A DNA stretch of 64,000 nt from Candidatus Gottesmanbacteria bacterium (lineage in GTDB: Bacteria > Patescibacteriota > Microgenomatia > JAMCYU01), in contig JAZDMI010000021.1 of the NCBI GenBank assembly GCA_043801155.1, forward strand, positions 66,683 to 130,682, written 5' to 3'. Each line of letters starts with the position of its first letter. Position 1 is the stretch's first letter. Below are positions 29,478-38,859 of this stretch, piece by piece. Made by a program: the position numbers and the translations under genes. The notes beneath the pieces are model-generated. The model ran no database searches, was not told where the DNA came from, and saw nothing but the letters and a program-made list of their open reading frames with translations.

Positions 29478-30152
29478 TTACTTGCCCAGTCTATAACCGA
29501 ATCCACGAATTGTTTGTATTAGTGGTGGTTCTTTGGTGAATGGTTTGTCGACTTTATTTCTTAAATAGCCAATATATACTTCGACGGTATTTGGTAAAAT
29601 GTCTGATTCATAGTCCCATACATGACTAATAATTTGTTCTTTTGTTAATATCGTATCTGGGTGTCTCAATAGATACTCAAGAAGGGCAAATTCTTTTCTG
29701 GTTAAGTTTATCTGCGTTTCGTTCCGGCTGACCTCATATGAGTAGGTATTAACTTTAAGATTTTGGTAGTTTAATATTGAGTCGAGACTGTTTTTAGGCC
29801 GCCGCATTAATGCCTTAACCCTGGCTAAGAGTTCTTCAAAAGCAAATGGTTTAACCAAATAGTCATCAGCTCCGGCATTTAAACCTTCAATTTTATTATC
29901 TAATTCTCCTTTAGCAGTAAGAATGAGTATTGGAATATGAATTTTTTCCTGCCTTAATTTTTGGCATATAGTTATGCCATCAATTTTCGGCAGCATCAAG
30001 TCAAGGATAATAAGGTCATAATCTTCAGTTGAAGCCATATCATAACCTTCGCTTCCATCATAAGCCGTATCAACAGCGAAATATTCCTGCTCAAGCCCCT
30101 TAGCAATCGAATTAGCTATTTTATGTTCATCTTCAATAATTAATATTCTCAT
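29478..30152 (-). CDS. OmpR-family response regulator
   Basis: Receiver domain (DLMLPKIDG) plus winged-helix trans_reg_C (RGFGYRL). Confidence 0.9.
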   Translation of the reverse strand: MRILIIEDEHKIANSIAKGLEQEYFAVDTAYDGSEGYDMASTEDYDLIILDLMLPKIDGITICQKLRQEKIHIPILILTAKGELDNKIEGLNAGADDYLVKPFAFEELLARVKALMRRPKNSLDSILNYQNLKVNTYSYEVSRNETQINLTRKEFALLEYLLRHPDTILTKEQIISHVWDYESDILPNTVEVYIGYLRNKVDKPFTKEPPLIQTIRGFGYRLGK

Positions 30153-30204
30153 AAAATATCCTCACGGAAAATTATTCCGTCCCTCAGAATGTCATCTTCA
30201 CAAG

Positions 30205-30295
30205 TTGACCTGCCTGCCCGCCAACGGCATTGCCGCAGGCAAATGCAGGCGGGAATGAGGTAAGGAAAATATTTCCAGAGGAAATATTATACTAA
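30205..30295. promoter_or_regulatory. GC-rich structured island plus inverted repeat upstream of the response-regulator gene
   Basis: gcctgcccgccaacggcattgccgcaggcaaatgcaggcggg (about 70% GC in an AT-rich genome) plus aatatttcc-agag-ggaaatatt. Confidence 0.3.
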
Positions 30296-30324
30296 AATTG
30301 CTTAAAATTAGCTTAGAAAATACT

Positions 30325-31917
30325 TTAAGTATAACCCGGGAAAAAATCGGATCTGATCTGGTTTTTATCTATTCCCATTTTTTTAAGTATATCTTTAAAA
30401 TAAGTAACCATATTATGAGTTCCGGAAATATAATAAACTCTTTCCTTAAAATCCGGAACTTCCTTGATAATCATTTGTTCATTAATCCGCCCGATCCTTC
30501 CGGTCCACGACGATGGAATCTTATCCTGATCTGTCAGGGTATAAATTGTTTTGATATGCAGTAATTTTCCCGCAGCAGTAAAAATATCCCGATAAACGAT
30601 TTCATTAATATATTTATTTGAATAAAAAAGGGTAATCTGTCTTTCTTTATTTATATCAAGAAGATATTTAATCATACTCCTAAAAGGAGTAATACCGATA
30701 CCGCCGGCAATAAAAACTAATTTCTTATTTGGATCTTTGGGTAACGTAAAATCACCAGCTAATTGTGAAGCGACAATTTTATCATTGCTACTAAAGTTTT
30801 TTAGCGCCCGTTTATAACTGCTCGAGGGATTGTCGAATCTAACACCGATTCTTAAGTTATCTTCAGTCGGAGATGAAGCAAGGGTAAAATACCGGCGGTT
30901 TCCCCGACTATCAGTTCCTTGATGCGCCAAAGTCCATTCCATATATTGTCCCGGTAAATAATTAATCTTCGAAGTTTTAGGGAATACAAAATCATAAATA
31001 TCTAGCGAATAATTTATTTTCTCTTTAATAGCTAAAACTAATCTTTGTTTTGGGCTGACAAAATATGAAAATAGATTACCGACAAGTAAAGCAATTTCCG
31101 GGGTTATGTAAAATAAACCTAAATGAAGCCGGGGATTAAATAAAAGACCAACAAGAATCCCATAAGATAGTCTTAATTTAGATTTTGGCGGTGTTGTTAA
31201 CGGTTCAGTCAACATGATAAAGGCGAAAAACAAAAGCGGAGTATCCAAAAGAATTCGCAGTATTAAATCTGACGGATTTGATAATTGCATTACGGTATAA
31301 AGCGCGATGGAGGCGACGGCTGTGATTAAAAAAGCCGCCACCATCGGTGATCTCTCTATTTTTCTAACGATAAGTAGTCCGGCAATTAAGACAAAAATCA
31401 TCATGGACGAACTGCCGATCCACCAGCTGGCTGATTGATTTATAGTTAACGCTGTTATACTGACAGCTAAAGCGGCTGGATTAAAAATATGTTTTTTATT
31501 AATTGCCAAAATATATTTTGACGCTATAGCTAATACGCCTGCCCAAAAAAGAAATGGAATATCATTGATATTTTTTATTGGTGTGATAATTAAAGCAAGA
31601 ATCAGAGCGGTAATATAGTTTGATTCGATATTGGTCGGTGCTGCAAAAAACGAAGAGAAAACTCTATTAGTAAGATAACAGACTACGACCAAAAATAAAG
31701 TTGAAAGTAATAAAGATAAGCCGTTAAATGGTAAAATTCCCAGAAAACTAAATAAAATGGCAATAATTATTAATGTTATCAATACATAAAGAACTAACCG
31801 GTACATCGTGATTTGATTAAGAAAATCGTCAATGATTTTGATCATAGTTATAATATTTCGCTTATTTCTATTATTATATACCTTACCCCTTGATACTTCG
31901 GTTTTACTCAGCATCAA
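30325..31917 (-). CDS. membrane oxidoreductase: RnfD/NqrB-like polytopic domain fused to ferredoxin-NADP-reductase-like FAD/NAD(P)-binding domain
   Basis: N-terminal about 300 aa is multi-TM with an FNPAALA motif. C-terminal RYFTLASSP, FIAGGIGITPFRSM (FAD_binding_6/NAD_binding_1 pattern). Confidence 0.55.
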   Translation of the reverse strand: MMLSKTEVSRGKVYNNRNKRNIITMIKIIDDFLNQITMYRLVLYVLITLIIIAILFSFLGILPFNGLSLLLSTLFLVVVCYLTNRVFSSFFAAPTNIESNYITALILALIITPIKNINDIPFLFWAGVLAIASKYILAINKKHIFNPAALAVSITALTINQSASWWIGSSSMMIFVLIAGLLIVRKIERSPMVAAFLITAVASIALYTVMQLSNPSDLILRILLDTPLLFFAFIMLTEPLTTPPKSKLRLSYGILVGLLFNPRLHLGLFYITPEIALLVGNLFSYFVSPKQRLVLAIKEKINYSLDIYDFVFPKTSKINYLPGQYMEWTLAHQGTDSRGNRRYFTLASSPTEDNLRIGVRFDNPSSSYKRALKNFSSNDKIVASQLAGDFTLPKDPNKKLVFIAGGIGITPFRSMIKYLLDINKERQITLFYSNKYINEIVYRDIFTAAGKLLHIKTIYTLTDQDKIPSSWTGRIGRINEQMIIKEVPDFKERVYYISGTHNMVTYFKDILKKMGIDKNQIRSDFFPGYT

Positions 31918-31932
31918 TCCAGTTTTTGGGGA

Positions 31933-31961
31933 TTGACAAGTAAACGTTCGTTTACTAATAT
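31933..31961 (+). promoter_or_regulatory. lexA promoter with candidate LexA operator between -35 and -10
   Basis: TTGACA (31933) - 17 nt - TAATAT. The spacer holds the 16-bp palindrome GTAAACG-TT-CGTTTAC. Confidence 0.55.
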
Positions 31962-31968
31962 AGAATAT

Positions 31969-32541
31969 ATGACAATTGAAGCAGCCAGGAAAAAATTACG
32001 TCAATTTTTTAACAGCAACAGGCGTTTGCCTTCTTATCGGGAGATGTGTGAAATTTTTAACTTTGCTTCTAAAAAGGCAGCTTTTGATTTAGCTAAGAAA
32101 CTTATTAAAGCCGGTATAATAGCTAAAGACAATACGGGAAAACTTATTCCCAGGCAACTAGTTTCACCGTTACCGGTTTTAGGCTTTATTAAAGCTGGTT
32201 CTCCGACTCCAGCCGAAGAACAATTGTATGACACGATGTCATTTGACCAATTTGTCGTTAACAATCCGGAAAATTCTTATATCTTAAAAGTTTCCGGTGA
32301 CTCAATGATTGAAGCGGGTATTAATTCCGGCGATTTAGTGATTGTCGAAAAAAAAGAGCAAATCAATGATGGAGATATTGTGGTAGCCAATATTGACGGC
32401 GAATTTACTCTGAAATTTTTTGCCAAGGAAAATGGCCATGTCTGTTTAGTTCCCGCTAATAAAAAATATCCTAAACTTTATCCCCAGCAAGAACTTAATA
32501 TTGCCGGTATTGTCGTGACCGTTATCAGGAAATATCACTAA
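31969..32541 (+). CDS. lexA: LexA repressor (S24 peptidase)
   Basis: N-terminal wHTH. C-terminal VSGDSMIEAGINSGDLVIV...GIVVTVIRKY. The ORF-track TTG start is the -35 box, so ATG 31969 is used. Confidence 0.88.
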   Translation: MTIEAARKKLRQFFNSNRRLPSYREMCEIFNFASKKAAFDLAKKLIKAGIIAKDNTGKLIPRQLVSPLPVLGFIKAGSPTPAEEQLYDTMSFDQFVVNNPENSYILKVSGDSMIEAGINSGDLVIVEKKEQINDGDIVVANIDGEFTLKFFAKENGHVCLVPANKKYPKLYPQQELNIAGIVVTVIRKYH

Positions 32542-32549
32542 AATGATCA

Positions 32550-32816
32550 ATGACTATGAACGAGGTAATCAATGAAAAAGTCAGCGTCGTTAGTATTTAT
32601 GACCGGGCAACGGGGTTGGTTAAACCATTTAAGATTAAATGGCAAGGCAGAATCTACAAAATAACAACACTCGGTTATCATCATAAAACCAAAGAAGGCA
32701 AAAAACTTCTTCATATTTTTTCCGTCTGTAACGAAACCATAGCTTTTCGTCTCAAACTGGATACCGAAAACTTACATTGGACTCTCGAGGAGGTTAGTGA
32801 TGGATTTGCCTCTTAA
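32550..32816 (+). CDS. small conserved hypothetical protein between lexA and the Y-family polymerase gene
   Basis: 88 aa. 8 nt after lexA. Overlaps the polymerase start by 20 nt. No recognised family. Confidence 0.5.
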   Translation: MTMNEVINEKVSVVSIYDRATGLVKPFKIKWQGRIYKITTLGYHHKTKEGKKLLHIFSVCNETIAFRLKLDTENLHWTLEEVSDGFAS

Positions 32817-34047
32817 TCATAGTCAGCCGGGGATTATGCATATAGATTTAAATTCCTGTTTTGCCACAGCCGAACAACAGGCTAATCCGTTAATCCGCGG
32901 TAAACCGGTGGTCGTGGCTGCTTATACCACCGCCAGTGGTTGCATTATTTCTCCGTCAATCGAGGCTAAAAAATTGGGTATCAGGGTTGGAATGCAAGTC
33001 AGAGATGCTAAAATGATTTGTCAGGAAATAATTGTTTTACCGCCCGATCCGCCAAAATATCGGGATATTCATATAAAATTTAATCAGATTTTTCGTGACT
33101 ATTCTCCGAATGTATCTCCCAAATCAATTGATGAGGCGGTGATCGACTTTACTGGTACCCGAGCATTTAAGCGGGGATTAATTAATATCGGGAAAGAAAT
33201 AAAAACGCGGATGAAGCAGGAGATTGGCGTATGGATTTCCGCTAGTATTGGTATTTCTACTAATAGATTTTTAGCCAAGCTAGCGGCATCTTTACATAAA
33301 CCCGACGGCTTAGACGTTATCAACTATCAAAATCTCGAAGAAATTTATCGACAAGCAAGTCTACTTGATTTTTGCGGTATTAATACCCGATTCCAGGCCA
33401 GATTGAATGCTAGTAATATTTTTACGCCAATTGATTTTTTACAAGCACCTCTTGATTTACTCCGTCACCAAGTTTTTAAAAGTATTATAGGCTACTATTG
33501 GTATTTGAGGATCCGCGGTTGGGAAATTGATGCGATTGATTTTGTCAGGAAAAGCTACGGTCAATCATATGCTTTGCCTAGGCCGGTTAATAATCGGCAG
33601 GAGCTGGCGAAGCTTTTAATGAAACTGTGCGAGAAAATGGGCCGGCGATTAAGAAAATCCGGACACCTGGCCTATGGAATTCATATTGCCTGTTTATACA
33701 ATGATCAAACTTTTTGGCATCAAGCCAAAAAGTTTCACACGCCTCTTTATACAACTTACGAACTTTATGCGAAAGCTTTACTGGTTTTCAATAATCAACC
33801 GGAAAATAAAAAAGTAACCCATTTATCAGTCAGCTGTTATGATTTAATTTCAACTGAAGTTGACCAACTTGACCTTTTTGCCAGTGATCAAGCACGCCAG
33901 CGGAAATTATCCGATGCTTTAGACACCATTAATGATAAATACGGAGAATATATTATTACGCCGGCAATGATGATGGGAATGGATAAAGTAATTATTGATC
34001 GGGTAGCCTTTGGCGGAGTTAAAGATCTGGAAGATATCTATTTATAA
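32797..34047 (+). CDS. Y-family DNA polymerase (DinB/UmuC/ImuB-like)
   Basis: IMHIDLNSCFATAEQ, SIDEAVIDFTG, palm/finger/little-finger arrangement. First motif is D-L-N rather than D-x-D. Confidence 0.85.
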   Translation: MMDLPLNHSQPGIMHIDLNSCFATAEQQANPLIRGKPVVVAAYTTASGCIISPSIEAKKLGIRVGMQVRDAKMICQEIIVLPPDPPKYRDIHIKFNQIFRDYSPNVSPKSIDEAVIDFTGTRAFKRGLINIGKEIKTRMKQEIGVWISASIGISTNRFLAKLAASLHKPDGLDVINYQNLEEIYRQASLLDFCGINTRFQARLNASNIFTPIDFLQAPLDLLRHQVFKSIIGYYWYLRIRGWEIDAIDFVRKSYGQSYALPRPVNNRQELAKLLMKLCEKMGRRLRKSGHLAYGIHIACLYNDQTFWHQAKKFHTPLYTTYELYAKALLVFNNQPENKKVTHLSVSCYDLISTEVDQLDLFASDQARQRKLSDALDTINDKYGEYIITPAMMMGMDKVIIDRVAFGGVKDLEDIYL

Positions 34048-34126
34048 GACAATCTTTTATCCTTCTTATAGTAAAAATAGAACTAAGGGGTTGACAAGTT
34101 TAAATCATATAGTTTAAGATAATCTC

Positions 34127-35416
34127 ATGGTCGAAGAAAATATAAATTCAGCAAATCCGGTCAATCCCCCCCCAAACCAGGTTACAAGTATGACTTATCC
34201 TGACAAATCACTTCTTTCATCATTGAATAAAAGACAAAAAATTCTAGGTTTAAGTTTTGTAGTTGTCCTAGCAGTTTTTATCATTAGTAGTCTGATATTT
34301 GTGATGACACAACGGTCATCACCAAGCCAATTACCCGAAGTGATAACCGAAAGCGTTAAAACACCTTTGCCGATGATACTTACCCTAGATAGTCCAAGTG
34401 ATAGTCTAATCGTTACCGGTGATCAATTACTAGTAAAAGGCCAAACATTACCTGGGGCAACCGTGGTTTTTTATACTGATGATGATCAAAATTCAACCGA
34501 AGCAGATACCCAAGGGAAATTTGAAGGTAATCTTAAACTAAGCAACAGCGGTATTAATAACCTAAACGTGACTGCTTATGCTGAAAATGGCGAAGAAAAG
34601 AGTTTAGCCGTTGATTTGGTTTATGACAATCAGGTTTTAGGTGTTAAAGATAGTAAGGATAAAAGCGCGGCCAACCAACAAAATAGTAAGCAAAGCTTTT
34701 CTTCGAATAAAAAAGCGATTATTGGTGATGTCGAAACTGTTGCCAGTGACAGTGTTACGATTAAAGAAGGTAAATTAGGCAAAACGGCTAAGACTTCGGT
34801 TGATAAAAATACAAAAATTGTTAATCATGAAAAAAAGACACTTAACCTTGAAGGTGTGAAAATTAAAGATAGGGCGGCCATTATTACTGATGATGAATCA
34901 GCTACCGTTCCGGGAAAAATCAAAAAAGCCCTGAAGATTTTTGTTAAAGAATCAACCACTTCAGGACAATTAAATGTTAGTAAACGCCAAGCAGTTCAGG
35001 GAATAATCAAATCGATAACGGGGAATGAAATTACCCTTACCCACCAGATTCAAAGAGATAGACAATACACTATTTCTGTCAATGAACTAACTATAATCAA
35101 GATAAAAGGAATTAGTAATACTACCAAGAGTGCGACAACGAGTGCTACTTTAGCTAACCTAAAGGTCGGTGACAGAATTGTTGTTGTTGGAGATCGGAAT
35201 GAAATTGGGACACTCGTAGCCAAAATGATTCACGTTATTCCTGGTAAAGCCACAGGTATTTATAATAAGTATCCATTTGGTAGTCCAAATGCCAGCGCTT
35301 CGGCTTCGCCACTCGTTAGCCCTAGTGCCAGCGCGAGTGCCAGTCCGACGGCGTCGGCAACCGCCTCAGCTAGTCCGGCAGCGACAGCGTCTGCTATTCC
35401 TTCACCAACACCCTAA
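34127..35416 (+). CDS. surface protein with N-terminal TM, two DUF5666-like beta domains and Ala/Ser/Pro-rich tail
   Basis: Promoter TTGACA at 34092. Repeats ...LKVGDRIVVVGDRNEIGTLVA... Tail ASASASPLVSPSASASASPTASATASASP. Confidence 0.6.
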   Translation: MVEENINSANPVNPPPNQVTSMTYPDKSLLSSLNKRQKILGLSFVVVLAVFIISSLIFVMTQRSSPSQLPEVITESVKTPLPMILTLDSPSDSLIVTGDQLLVKGQTLPGATVVFYTDDDQNSTEADTQGKFEGNLKLSNSGINNLNVTAYAENGEEKSLAVDLVYDNQVLGVKDSKDKSAANQQNSKQSFSSNKKAIIGDVETVASDSVTIKEGKLGKTAKTSVDKNTKIVNHEKKTLNLEGVKIKDRAAIITDDESATVPGKIKKALKIFVKESTTSGQLNVSKRQAVQGIIKSITGNEITLTHQIQRDRQYTISVNELTIIKIKGISNTTKSATTSATLANLKVGDRIVVVGDRNEIGTLVAKMIHVIPGKATGIYNKYPFGSPNASASASPLVSPSASASASPTASATASASPAATASAIPSPTP

Positions 35417-35425
35417 ATTTACAAG

Positions 35426-36889
35426 CTAACTTTTAATGCCTCTTTTCCTAAAAGCGTAAAAATCTCCTTGTTGGGCAAATAATTCATAATTTACATTCTT
35501 TAATAGACTAGTAAGTGCTTTCTCTTGTTCTTCTGCGTTAGGCCAAGAATTAGGATCTTTTAATTTTATAAATACGAAATCAGCCTTTTGGGCATTGATA
35601 GGAAAGTTATATACGAACTGGCGTTGGGAAAAATGAGCGCCAATATTATTAGTAACCGAAACCGAATATTTGGCATCAATTTTTCTGCTTAAACTTAACA
35701 CTAAATCTTTTTCTGGTTGAGGCGTCAAAAATAAGCCGAACCTAGAAAATGGTCCGATCGGTAATTCTCCCCATGAGTATGATGAATATATAATCGTCAT
35801 TGAAAAAGCCATAATTCCTATTACATTTATTATTTGATATCTTTTCCTTAATTTTAAAGACAGGTTTTGTAGAAATAAAAAACCATCAATAGCAGAAATA
35901 AATACAAACGGACAAATTGTGCTGTTGTATTGATAATCAAGTTGTCTCATTAGGGGATTATTGCTTAAAGTATTTATCAATAAACCAGGAAATGAAAATA
36001 TTAATTTTAATGGAGAAAAAAGAGACAATAATCCTGCAGGAAGTAGTAATTGATAATAATAAAAAAGACGATCATAAGAAAAAATTTTACTAAAAACACT
36101 AAAAGGATTTATTAGTATATTTTTGATAATTAAATTTTGATTATCTCCGAATTCAGAGAAATATACTAGGGCAAAATGTTGTCTTTCAGTGGCTAGTGCT
36201 GGAATAAATTTCCATAACAATAAATAAAAAATACTAAAGCTTATCACTGCAGTAATTAATCCAACCCAAAGTCTTTTTTTAAAAAATATAATATATAATC
36301 CCATTAGTCCGGTAATCAGCCAAACCTCTTCTTTTGTTATTGCAGCCAGGACGGCAAAGATTATAAAAAAACAATACTTTTCTTTATACATAAACCAATA
36401 GGCAAACAGAAGAAAAGTTGTTGCTAGAACTACGGCATGAAAATCAAAAAGTATTGTTCTTTGCATTGGCGGGTATAGCAGGAACGCACCGGCAAAAAGT
36501 AACGCTAGTTTCTTAGATTTTAATTTATCAAAAGCGATCCAGTAGATTGGTATTGCTCCCAATCCTAAGACAATCGTCTGTATTAAGATTAAAGTTTTTG
36601 GGTTGGACCAAATAAGGTAAAATGGTGCCAAAAGAATAAGTAAAAAATCAGCATGGGCAGCTAAACGAGATGCCTGTTTATCATTTAATGAATGGGTTAA
36701 AGTAAACCCATTGCCATGCACAACATTCCAGACGGTTTGATCCATATTGCCTAAATCTAATCTTCGGGAATATAGGTTATCGTGGCGGGCAAAAGCAACG
36801 ATAGTGAAATAAATAATAAATAATAGAATAAAAAAGAGAAGTGTTAAATGATATTTATCTTTGACGCTGGTTTTTAGGAAAGCAAACAT
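35426..36889 (-). CDS. large polytopic membrane protein (GT-C-like / DUF2079-like)
   Basis: 487 aa with about 12 TM. The family assignment is a loose guess. Confidence 0.45.
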   Translation of the reverse strand: MFAFLKTSVKDKYHLTLLFFILLFIIYFTIVAFARHDNLYSRRLDLGNMDQTVWNVVHGNGFTLTHSLNDKQASRLAAHADFLLILLAPFYLIWSNPKTLILIQTIVLGLGAIPIYWIAFDKLKSKKLALLFAGAFLLYPPMQRTILFDFHAVVLATTFLLFAYWFMYKEKYCFFIIFAVLAAITKEEVWLITGLMGLYIIFFKKRLWVGLITAVISFSIFYLLLWKFIPALATERQHFALVYFSEFGDNQNLIIKNILINPFSVFSKIFSYDRLFYYYQLLLPAGLLSLFSPLKLIFSFPGLLINTLSNNPLMRQLDYQYNSTICPFVFISAIDGFLFLQNLSLKLRKRYQIINVIGIMAFSMTIIYSSYSWGELPIGPFSRFGLFLTPQPEKDLVLSLSRKIDAKYSVSVTNNIGAHFSQRQFVYNFPINAQKADFVFIKLKDPNSWPNAEEQEKALTSLLKNVNYELFAQQGDFYAFRKRGIKS

Positions 36890-36963
36890 TGACTTATTAT
36901 ACCCTAAAAAATCAACTGTAGTTATACCATTTTAAAATTTTAAATTTATGGGATAATCAACAT

Positions 36964-37863
36964 ATGCAGAAAGTGAATCCAATCCCTGCTTGTCCTTTTT
37001 GCCAAGGAGAAAACCTTAAATTTATAATTCACTGTAAGGGGAGAACAGTTTATAAGTGTTTTGAATGTGGCCTTATCTCTACTGCTGCGGAAATTATTCA
37101 TGGACAGTTATCGCCGACAGCTTCGTTGAGACTAAAAAAAGAATTACAGGATCATGAAGAAAATTGGTTTAAGGATTGTCTTAAAGAAAAACCGTATTTT
37201 GTAGCTCGTTTTGGAAAGAGACTGGCAGAAATTGAAAAGAGAAAAAAGCCGGGGAAAATTTTAGACATTGGATGTGCTGTTGGTTTTCTATTAGAACTGG
37301 CCCAAAAACATGGTTGGCAAGTTTTCGGAGTAGACAATTCTCAAAAAGTGATTAGATATTGGCAGAAAATTTTAAGTCCTGCTTGCGTCTTTTATGGTAC
37401 TTTATATGAAGCTAGTTATGATAATCAATTTTTTGACGCGATTACTATTTTTGATACTCTTGAACATATACCCGATCTTCACTCTTTTTTTACTGAAATT
37501 AGACGAATCTTAAAAAAAGATGGATTGTTGGCAATTGCTGTTCCTGATCAGGCAGGGCTAACGAGTAAAATTTTGAGAAGCCATTGGTTTGACTTTAAGT
37601 CAATTCCTCATCTGTATTTTTTCTCGCCTGATTCTTTAGCTATGGTTCTTCAACAAACTGGTTTCAAAATCATTCTGAAGAAGTCAGAAGTTGCTTATCA
37701 ATGTTCAATGAAGGAAAATCTGCCTAAGATAAGTAGGTTCTATCCTCATCCTTTTATAAGATTTAGCACTCTTTTATTAGAAAAGATAACTAATCTTTTA
37801 GGAATTAAAACCATGGTTATTCCTTTGGACCATATTTATATAATTGCTCAAAAACAACTATAA
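36964..37863 (+). CDS. class I SAM-dependent methyltransferase with N-terminal zinc ribbon
   Basis: CPFCQG...CFECG, then motif I ILDIGCAVGFLLE. Confidence 0.7.
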   Translation: MQKVNPIPACPFCQGENLKFIIHCKGRTVYKCFECGLISTAAEIIHGQLSPTASLRLKKELQDHEENWFKDCLKEKPYFVARFGKRLAEIEKRKKPGKILDIGCAVGFLLELAQKHGWQVFGVDNSQKVIRYWQKILSPACVFYGTLYEASYDNQFFDAITIFDTLEHIPDLHSFFTEIRRILKKDGLLAIAVPDQAGLTSKILRSHWFDFKSIPHLYFFSPDSLAMVLQQTGFKIILKKSEVAYQCSMKENLPKISRFYPHPFIRFSTLLLEKITNLLGIKTMVIPLDHIYIIAQKQL

Positions 37864-38790
37864 GTTAGAAGATTGAGGTGGTATTGGTGGTTGAACTGGT
37901 TGGGGAATACCGGTTGCCTCCTGATTATTTTTAATTGCCAGGAAAACGATAATTGCCAGAATTGCCATAACAATTGTTTGTAAGAAAGGGAATGAAATAT
38001 TTAAGCCAAATAGACCTAAAACTCCCCAGATTGTTGTAGGAATAATAATTAAATGCATGCTAATTTGATAACATTTTTTGTATGGTGTTGGTATAGACAA
38101 AATTTTACTTATTAAAAATGCAATTAAGGCAAAGAATAAAAGATAAAATAACTTTACTGATGGATAAAAAAGAAAAATACTAAAAAATATTATTATCGTT
38201 AAAACCGGGATAACAAAATTGGCAACTGTATTAATAAAAGGATTTATCTTAAATAAGGAGTTTTGTACTAATTGTCGATTAATTGTAATATCGGGAAAAT
38301 CTTTAAGTAGTAGTACTTTGTATCCTCCAGTATCATCATCATAGACCACTAAATTATTTTTTGTTAAAAGAGCTGCTGTTTGGTATTTTGGAAAATCTTC
38401 AACACTGGCTTTGGTATCAATTACCAATAGGTTTACGATTTTCGATGTCTGGGTTCCTAAAACTTTATCATTAGTGAAAATTTTTTCAACATCTTTTAGA
38501 GGCAGATAATATGGTTCGGGTACATTAGTTGAAGCTTGACCCTTGTTAATAGTAATTTGTAAGCTAGAGGGATAGATTTGCACCAACTTTGAAGGAATAA
38601 TTAATATTAAATTCTTTAATGGTAATAACTTTGGAATAATAACTACCGTACTGATTAATGCATATAAAAAGAAGAAAAAATAAAAAAATTTAAGGGAAAA
38701 TGAAAACCGCGCTTTTATAATATCAGTATAATAAAAGGGTGATGTAAGTGTTTTGGTTAAAACATAAAAGAAAGTCGATAATTTTCCCAT
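37858..38790 (-). CDS. hypothetical membrane protein with Pro-rich C-terminus
   Basis: 310 aa with several TM and ...PQPVQPPIPPQSSNL. Confidence 0.45.
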   Translation of the reverse strand: MGKLSTFFYVLTKTLTSPFYYTDIIKARFSFSLKFFYFFFFLYALISTVVIIPKLLPLKNLILIIPSKLVQIYPSSLQITINKGQASTNVPEPYYLPLKDVEKIFTNDKVLGTQTSKIVNLLVIDTKASVEDFPKYQTAALLTKNNLVVYDDDTGGYKVLLLKDFPDITINRQLVQNSLFKINPFINTVANFVIPVLTIIIFFSIFLFYPSVKLFYLLFFALIAFLISKILSIPTPYKKCYQISMHLIIIPTTIWGVLGLFGLNISFPFLQTIVMAILAIIVFLAIKNNQEATGIPQPVQPPIPPQSSNL

Positions 38791-38859
38791 AAGATTATTA
38801 TCTGAAAGTTATTTATTGGTGTCAAGTTTATAGAGGGAAAAATATTGTGTTAGCTATTC

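Noticed and set aside
31933-31968. ORF-track TTG start extending LexA by 12 aa
   Set aside because: The TTG is the first three bases of the -35 hexamer TTGACA. ATG 31969 lies downstream of the -10 box.
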